From: an archaeon | GTDB lineage: Archaea > Iainarchaeota > Iainarchaeia > Iainarchaeales > JAAZKV01 | Direction: 5' to 3' | Assembly (NCBI GenBank): GCA_036170245.1 | Contig: JAVHOV010000029.1 | Span: 1 to 31,850, forward strand | DNA length: 31,850 bases | Shown: piece by piece, positions 28,001-31,850 of the stretch | Layout: each line of letters starts with the position of its first letter | Numbering within the stretch: the first letter of the stretch is position 1 | Program-made: the position numbers and the translations under genes | Notes under the pieces: model-generated | What the model saw: only the letters and a program-made list of their open reading frames with translations | The model's database searches: none | What the model was told of the DNA's origin: nothing

Positions 28001-29526
28001 ATATTGAATGGAACTTCAAGTATTTTTTGAGCTCTTGGGCTTACCTGTACGCTTTCAGAATTTACAGAACCAAAATTATCTTTTGAAGCAACAACCATAT
28101 AAGTTTTTCCAATAATTAAACTGTCAAACTGTGCTTCTCCATTAGTCCCAGTCATTTTTTCTCCGACAACCGGTTGTACTACATCAAGAGTTTTTAGTGT
28201 TACTCGAACATTATCAATCGGATTCTTCTTTGCATCAACTACTCTTACTAAAAGAGAATTTGAATTAGTGCTATCTGCTTTTGTCAATAGAATTGTTAAA
28301 GTATCCCCAGCCTGTGCAGGAGTTGTTTCTCCAATTAAATATTCAACGTGATCAACTGTAGCTACAAAACTATTTCCTACACTTACATTGAATGTTAATT
28401 GCCCAGTAGCGCCGGTTACTTGTGTTTGGAAATCTTCTGAATTAGTTACTGAAGCGAGTTTTACTTCAGCTCCTTTAACTGGAAGGTTTGTTGAAGAATC
28501 TTTTACGCTGATTGAAATTGTTGAAGAAGGAGTTTTTGTTAAAATTGCAGTGAATTGAGTTGTTTCACCTTTCTTTACTTCTTTGTTATCAGCTGTTGTT
28601 GAGCCATTGTAAGTCTGGTAATTTCCGCTCAGATCCTGAACTAAAACGTAATATGTTTTTGCAACAATATCACTAAATAAAACTACATTTGTTCCGGTAG
28701 TTAAAGTTTCAAGTGGAACCGTCCCGTCAATTGGAACTAATTTTACTCTTAAACCTGCAGGAACTGTTTCAGTTGATGAAGCAACACTTATTGTTACTGC
28801 CGCAGTACCAGTAGTTGATTCTATTTGTTCTACAGTTACTGCTCCAGTTCCTGAAAATGAAGCTACTGCATTTACTAAAGAATAATTTTCAAGACTTATT
28901 ACTTCTACTTCAGCACATGATTCGCTTAGCTCTGCATTGAATTGCCCGTTTGAATAATCAGTATCTTTTGTTTCAGAGTCGCTTGCTGTTTTGCATTTGT
29001 AAAATACTCTTCCGTATCCAGTGATTAAATCTCCGTTTGCAGTTTTCAAATAAACCGCTCTTGTTACTTTAATATCTTCAACGGATAGTACTAATTCATC
29101 TTCAAAATTTGCGTTAACTGTAATGCTTTTTGTGCTTGAAAGATAATTATCTTTTGTTGCCTTAACAGAGTAAGTTCCATTAGGAAGAACAAAACTTATT
29201 TTTCCTTCAGAGTTAGTATAATCTTCTTTTATTGTTGCTCCATTTTGCATTACTGCAACAGACGCTGTTTCAAGCGGATTTTGATTATCATCAAGGATTG
29301 TAAGTGAAACTGTAGAACCAGTTGTTGAAGAAAATAAAAAGAATAAACCGATTATTAATAATAAAACTATTAAAATTGCAAGAGGAAAACTAGGAATTCC
29401 TTTTTCTTCCGCAGTATCAACAATTGAACCAACCGCAGGAACTTTCTCAGAAACAGAATCAACAAAAGTATACCACTTGTCTTCGACTGAGTAATAAGCT
29501 TCCTTAAGAGAATCCACTAAACCCAT
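22069..29526 (-). CDS. Giant N-terminally anchored surface protein C (2485 aa), more divergent paralog with low-complexity G/S/N/Y/Q inserts
   Basis: GTGAT SD. Same N-terminal motif (YYSVEDKWY...IPSFPLAILIVLLL), prealbumin-like repeats, shared mid-domain (GTTFTPPTGYDVD..NL...AKW) and C-terminal motif (LELINNKTACV...VWN). Confidence 0.9.
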   Translation of the reverse strand: MGLVDSLKEAYYSVEDKWYTFVDSVSEKVPAVGSIVDTAEEKGIPSFPLAILIVLLLIIGLFFLFSSTTGSTVSLTILDDNQNPLETASVAVMQNGATIKEDYTNSEGKISFVLPNGTYSVKATKDNYLSSTKSITVNANFEDELVLSVEDIKVTRAVYLKTANGDLITGYGRVFYKCKTASDSETKDTDYSNGQFNAELSESCAEVEVISLENYSLVNAVASFSGTGAVTVEQIESTTGTAAVTISVASSTETVPAGLRVKLVPIDGTVPLETLTTGTNVVLFSDIVAKTYYVLVQDLSGNYQTYNGSTTADNKEVKKGETTQFTAILTKTPSSTISISVKDSSTNLPVKGAEVKLASVTNSEDFQTQVTGATGQLTFNVSVGNSFVATVDHVEYLIGETTPAQAGDTLTILLTKADSTNSNSLLVRVVDAKKNPIDNVRVTLKTLDVVQPVVGEKMTGTNGEAQFDSLIIGKTYMVVASKDNFGSVNSESVQVSPRAQKILEVPFNIEEKTITVKVLTPENTPITGANVKAINYFTSEQIGSTQSTSSEGVTLFTIRADKKVYFVVEASDYSKYYTSAEYASSATEKDVIMQKTSAQLKAAILSITSNGEAINTSGENASTLGEGVYSIKAIVQVPKGIFSEAGLHLRTGKETANVTNLVEEDGLYLADVISSGRLVMGTTFTPPTGYDVDSKNLITTGKAKWINSTWKNPTEGTYEVEASVNVTETNPNAPLNIYYRGWAKGSSVLRYPTGTLTGNELYAPANVRMLSSGATNLCSDNFCKTVMVQALSGTDAGKKKYVTGTIEAKKDVDYLLTIDLVNYSGRVIPGASVSVEGMSLDINSITVNGATQVDLNTISVGAIGIDSPLKLQILFRSTNSGASSIKVTVNSATQTELESTYNVNIKPNKEFTLDMTPSVIIPYLENVLYFTATDANTTLNGVIVSIKSGTTALGTATTNGEGITQFTLAAPRVGTTLTITAKKEGYDDVVVTKQVEKSVLTLIPPKIEETIKIGETTALSTDIIIQNNTAKTLKLVSATINGDLKNYMNVTFNGAINGTIIESGKDKNYALSIKLNSAASRLNEPKDVTGTIVINTEVSGANQSFLNEIPAEIRLTFPGLLDSGKCLKITPSTIDFTTTSSEMTKTITLVNTCTAEGINVDLRQLEAKLNEASKFGTISIIGTGLNADVTDKYTSLGDLLEKDSETEVTLKYSPTLAVESGTQSLTLTVLGKNLLDSNSNEKVTATTKINVTMNNLAKCVVVSEPTGGIILDTVPGTQGNAGILGSNYGASMNSALSNYQGFNTSNNYLTQMYGSSGLNGYNGLTGNTGYTGSTLGASATGYAQSAFTITNNCTSDIEVSLDVDPRITVPESTFAIGAGSDSSVIVQPGYMLGKYSIKVNARIDGTKDAKKKIDSVSVLVRRLGDIDKDCIKTNVTNINLNSFVMKPQKYTAYNYCYDSGVQLARSTVASINCSSATGAGIQNLPYLQVGMESTYGNQYQLGSGSGYNSYNQFSSSNGACGIGSCSLITGTNVRQRNITEGTNGSIETVDFDVIPNPNYIAQRRLFNNKQGTAGLFQSLSDVRQWATETDARTDVYGNLNINYSNASGMQECMEFPITIADMWRLGESVDSALNWGDPLAKPVDCQRKDSLDIIAYWTARNPSTGLAAPSAPSPPSAPSAPSAPSNGASITPVGGVVPESEYTGSNKNIYIFTADPGALRIGPMPNTMSQYYPQAVNTQYNYSYFQQQAQLQNPSKDKTTPSADAKANCGLTDSIKVLTKIPAELTGGAIVSVETTSSGSLLTNTYGSNLMVQIDRSSMTSNCVKLEIPIKASVTRAITMETQELTWNLRVLFTKQGYQYRGNEKECMNVQQIESLPTDCVNKFKTSLATAGITTPTDSRIKKAVDDFLAANPLCTPYVSLESAITMLATGSIATSGCSIDSNEYGFNKIFKTKLASYNTADMVDCTNYFCNDSMLQSFLLHRFAEIKTEVNKLSVVNGATSLVELYRASGTKAVTNCTNKDLNFFKSEKGTLVTKTGSIASDLLPKEKVDSISNFSSAAAISDMISVLDGIKDKNSLLLEFDENTTYNAQYDALKMTKVGTKRYMTLNGYIELLKVLRTEEGKTNPQSDCNIDNKSCTVNYCGSNVTLEPAAFFGTIIRGKLMQGIIDKAHKDMNKSDIELIYTQNPKLKTIHNLAKFDSSLSGTVKPSLLLTSIPALGKGKIDTELLAKATGLEGLTTEFIGTTSSEVGLYSAELDYDLKNDTKQVKVTLGEKKPVANALKASENVLLKGGFDFPTVSTQDALVNTTKAIIVQLDAGATSGVFYNRIPVKLTATLYGTETNLSYIPTQTSIARPKEIIKWYNSSGVEIGNDNLGGQYYTINVKPTGQVQIIKGIYYYPVGGVLGVSSGITGGTLNAKSVTQLVQFDSTQTIPGRNQQGFAIESAEVSAAASKMTLDNVLELINNKTACVQTDSIVWNEASLIK
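24472..24525 (-). repeat. Six imperfect 9-bp tandem units encoding an (APS)n linker in protein C
   Basis: Minus strand GCACCAAGT GCACCTAGC CCACCAAGT GCACCTTCT GCACCAAGT GCTCCAAGC encodes APS APS PPS APS APS APS. ACTTGGTG recurs with 18-bp period (24481, 24499, 24517). Confidence 0.85.
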
Positions 29527-29578
29527 TCAAAATCACGTGAAATAAACTTCTTAACTATAATAATATAATCTTTCAACC

Positions 29579-29599
29579 TTTATTAATGTTTTTGTAAGC
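29579..29599 (-). promoter_or_regulatory. Putative promoter of giant protein C: GCTTACAAA motif plus AT-rich box
   Basis: Minus strand GCTTACAAAAAC-ATTAATAAA, about 53-73 nt upstream of the ATG at 29526. Confidence 0.45.
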
Positions 29600-29631
29600 T
29601 GATTTTAGTTTTTTTTATAGTAAAAAATATT

Positions 29632-31077
29632 TTAACTTATACTTGGAGTGCATTTTCCTAGACCCGTATAACAGTAGTGGTTGACTGTACCATATTCTGC
29701 CATTATTACGCTAGGAAAACTTATATCACTTATTCTAATTTTATACACATTGCTTTTTTGGCCTGCTGTTACTGATGTTCCTTTTACCAAAAAATTTGGA
29801 TTAGTGTCAACAAACGCAATATCTGCACTTGTATTGATTATTCTTCCGCAAAATAACTTCTCTCCAGCACCACCTTTGATTTCCGAATAAACTTCAGGAG
29901 CTGCCCCAATTGTAACAAGATAATATCCGCATCCAGAAATCGCTTCTTTTATTTGAGCACCTTTTCTGCTCGGATCCAAAAAAGTATTTAACACAAAAAA
30001 TGTAGGATCCCCTGTTTCAAATGCCCCATCATTAATTGAATTTTGGCACACTTGCTCCGCACCATACCCCCAAAGACCTTTTACTCCAACTGAATCCCCT
30101 CCTGAGAAGTAATTTGTTATTCCCGCATGAGAACTAGTAAGATTAACAACCCATTTTGCTTCTTCTGAAGTCGGACAATCCTTATCCCATGCACCTGATG
30201 TAGGAGTAGTTGCATCAGTTCTTGGAACACAACTCATGTTATCACAAAAACCCAATCTATATTCTGAATTTTGCTGATGCGAATCCTTTAGCCCTTTTGC
30301 TGCATCCATGGATTCTTTTAAAACTTTAAAAAATCTCAAAGGAATATAAACTTTCAAATTTGTTTTTGGGAGTATTGCCATTTTGATTTGTTCTTGAGTA
30401 AAAGTGTCTTTTACAATTATCCTTGGAATTAATTCATACTGTTCATCAGTTAATTTGTTTAGTGGAATATTAAAATAAAATGATCCTTTAGGACAGGAAC
30501 TTTCTGTGCAGTCAACTACTTCTAAAAATCCGCTTCCCTGCGCATTAAGGACAGTTGCAAGAGCAGTGTAAAGCGCTTTTTTAGCTTGCGGACTTTTATC
30601 AGTTAATTCAACTCTGTATTTACCATAAGTCCATTCAGCAAAATTAGTAACTGTGTTTTCTGAAACATAATCTAAAACACTTGAAAAGTTTTGACCTGAA
30701 GAATTAGTATTAAGTAAAATGTTTTCCTCAAATTTTTTCTGTAGTTGGTCAAAAGTAATTGTATCAGAATCAGTTCTGATTTCAAACAACCCCATTCCGG
30801 GTTCGTCACGCATTTCTGTATCAGTGTAAGTCAAATAATCCTCCATTTTTTCTCTGAAAGAATAATTGAAACTCTGTAATGCATCCGCTCTTGCAATGTT
30901 TGCTGCATCTGCCAATTGGTAATTATTGAGCATCCCGTAAATCTGTGTGCTTGTTTTTTCTTCACTCATTACAAGTGTTCCAACTAACACAGAAACCGTC
31001 ATTATGAGCACTACTGCAACAATTGCAGAGAACATGTTAAACCCCTTTTCTGAAGAAGGCAAAAGAACTATTTTCAT
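29632..31077 (-). CDS. Large prepilin-like (class III signal-like) exported protein with Cys-rich C-terminal half; possible minor pilin or adhesin
   Basis: ORF 29632..31083; ATG at 31077 preferred. N-terminus SEKG|FNMFSAIVAVVLIMTVSVLVGTLV has a KG|F site and a hydrophobic helix, then a long alpha-helix; the remainder has about 10 Cys. No Glu at +5. Confidence 0.65.
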   Translation of the reverse strand: MKIVLLPSSEKGFNMFSAIVAVVLIMTVSVLVGTLVMSEEKTSTQIYGMLNNYQLADAANIARADALQSFNYSFREKMEDYLTYTDTEMRDEPGMGLFEIRTDSDTITFDQLQKKFEENILLNTNSSGQNFSSVLDYVSENTVTNFAEWTYGKYRVELTDKSPQAKKALYTALATVLNAQGSGFLEVVDCTESSCPKGSFYFNIPLNKLTDEQYELIPRIIVKDTFTQEQIKMAILPKTNLKVYIPLRFFKVLKESMDAAKGLKDSHQQNSEYRLGFCDNMSCVPRTDATTPTSGAWDKDCPTSEEAKWVVNLTSSHAGITNYFSGGDSVGVKGLWGYGAEQVCQNSINDGAFETGDPTFFVLNTFLDPSRKGAQIKEAISGCGYYLVTIGAAPEVYSEIKGGAGEKLFCGRIINTSADIAFVDTNPNFLVKGTSVTAGQKSNVYKIRISDISFPSVIMAEYGTVNHYCYTGLGKCTPSIS

Positions 31078-31151
31078 AGTCAAAACTAAGTTATTTGTAA
31101 TTAATAAATCTGCTCTTTGTTTTTAAAAAAAATAAAATGATTAAATTATTT

Positions 31152-31850
31152 TTACTTTGTTTGAGTTGCAGGAGCAGTAGTTTTAGCAGGAGTAGTTGCT
31201 GGAGTTTTAGTTGAAACAGTATTTGTGTCAGCTACAGGAGCAGTTGCAGCCTCTGTTGGAGCAGGATTAGGAGCATTTGCCCCGTTAATTTCAGGTTTTG
31301 AAGCGTCAGGAGATTCGTTTGCAGCTATTCCCCAAAATGTAATCATTTGTAAGAATTTAGTTGCGCCTTCAGTATTTATTTTCTTATCTCCAAATGCAAG
31401 AATTACTTCTTTTGTAGTTAACTTGTCAGTGATTTTATGATTAGAGTGAACTTGCAGTAATTTCTTTGTGTATTCTTTTAGCATTCCTTCATGAGTTTGC
31501 TCTTCAGCTTCAATTTGTGAGAAAATTCCATCTTTTGATTTTGAATTCCAAAAATATAGTAATACTGAAATTACTTCACTTTCCTGTGCCCCTTTAATCA
31601 AAAATTTACTATTAGAGTTTGTGTAATCAAATATTAATTGTCTGATGTTTGTATCACTAATTATTTCTAATTGGTGTTGTGCTTCTGCATCTTCAAAAGG
31701 ATAATTTTTCTGTGCAAGCAAAATATTTGCAACATTAACTGAAGTATTAATCATCCAGTAGCTCAATTTTCTTTCTTCAGGCAATTTTTCGTTTGAAGAA
31801 AGAGTTTTGTTTTCAATTAATTTCTTAGTTGAAATTATTTCTCCTTTCTT
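31152..31850 (-). CDS. Hypothetical protein, C-terminal part only; ends in an Ala/Pro/Thr-rich tail
   Basis: The frame stays open to the right edge (KKGEIISTKKLIENKTLSSNEKLPEE...), so the TTG at 31784 is probably not the true start. Tail is GANAPNPAPTEAATAPVADTNTVSTKTPATTPAKTTAPATQTK. Confidence 0.75.
   Translation of the reverse strand, partial: KKGEIISTKKLIENKTLSSNEKLPEERKLSYWMINTSVNVANILLAQKNYPFEDAEAQHQLEIISDTNIRQLIFDYTNSNSKFLIKGAQESEVISVLLYFWNSKSKDGIFSQIEAEEQTHEGMLKEYTKKLLQVHSNHKITDKLTTKEVILAFGDKKINTEGATKFLQMITFWGIAANESPDASKPEINGANAPNPAPTEAATAPVADTNTVSTKTPATTPAKTTAPATQTK

Noticed and set aside
4991..29526. Carboxypeptidase or other enzyme activity for the giant proteins
   Set aside because: Only the non-catalytic regulatory-like beta-sandwich pattern is visible; I saw no convincing catalytic motif.
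5607..29890. Many plus-strand ORFs antisense to the large genes (e.g. 13065..13772, 25709..26323, 9141..9512, 23270..23623)
   Set aside because: They lie wholly inside long minus-strand CDSs, often start at GTG/TTG without an SD, and have the S/F/L/V-rich composition of antisense shadows.
1..31850. Alternative genetic code, prophage or CPR-bacterial origin
   Set aside because: Giant ORFs are intact in the standard code and TGA acts as the stop at 21472-21474. No viral hallmark genes were seen. GGTGAT SDs, BRE-TATA boxes and QGTIEY prepilin signals point to archaeal chromosomal DNA.

Overview
AT-rich archaeal-type DNA in the standard code, with GGTGAT/GTGAT Shine-Dalgarno motifs, BRE-TATA promoters and archaeal class III signal peptides. 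The style fits a DPANN archaeon, possibly Iainarchaeota/Diapherotrites-like; that assignment is inference only. About three quarters of the window encodes three giant, clearly paralogous, N-terminally anchored surface proteins (2486, ~2944 and 2485 aa, all on the minus strand). They share an N-terminal amphipathic helix plus TM segment, beta-sandwich repeats, a conserved mid-domain and a conserved C-terminal C-V...W-N motif. Two of them carry a pair of glycine-zipper hydrophobic segments bracketing an unrelated insert: ~190 aa Ser/Gly/Thr-rich in one, and ~615 aa of coiled coil, Cys-rich modules and LysM in the other. Around them lie two class III (pilin-type) prepilin genes, a SpoIIM-like membrane protein, five small membrane proteins (some paralogous, two with Met-rich tails), a HerA/FtsK/VirB4-like protein with degenerate Walker motifs, and two coiled-coil proteins. 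Together these suggest an uncharacterised cell-surface or host-contact apparatus. No rRNA, tRNA, CRISPR array or mobile element was seen.
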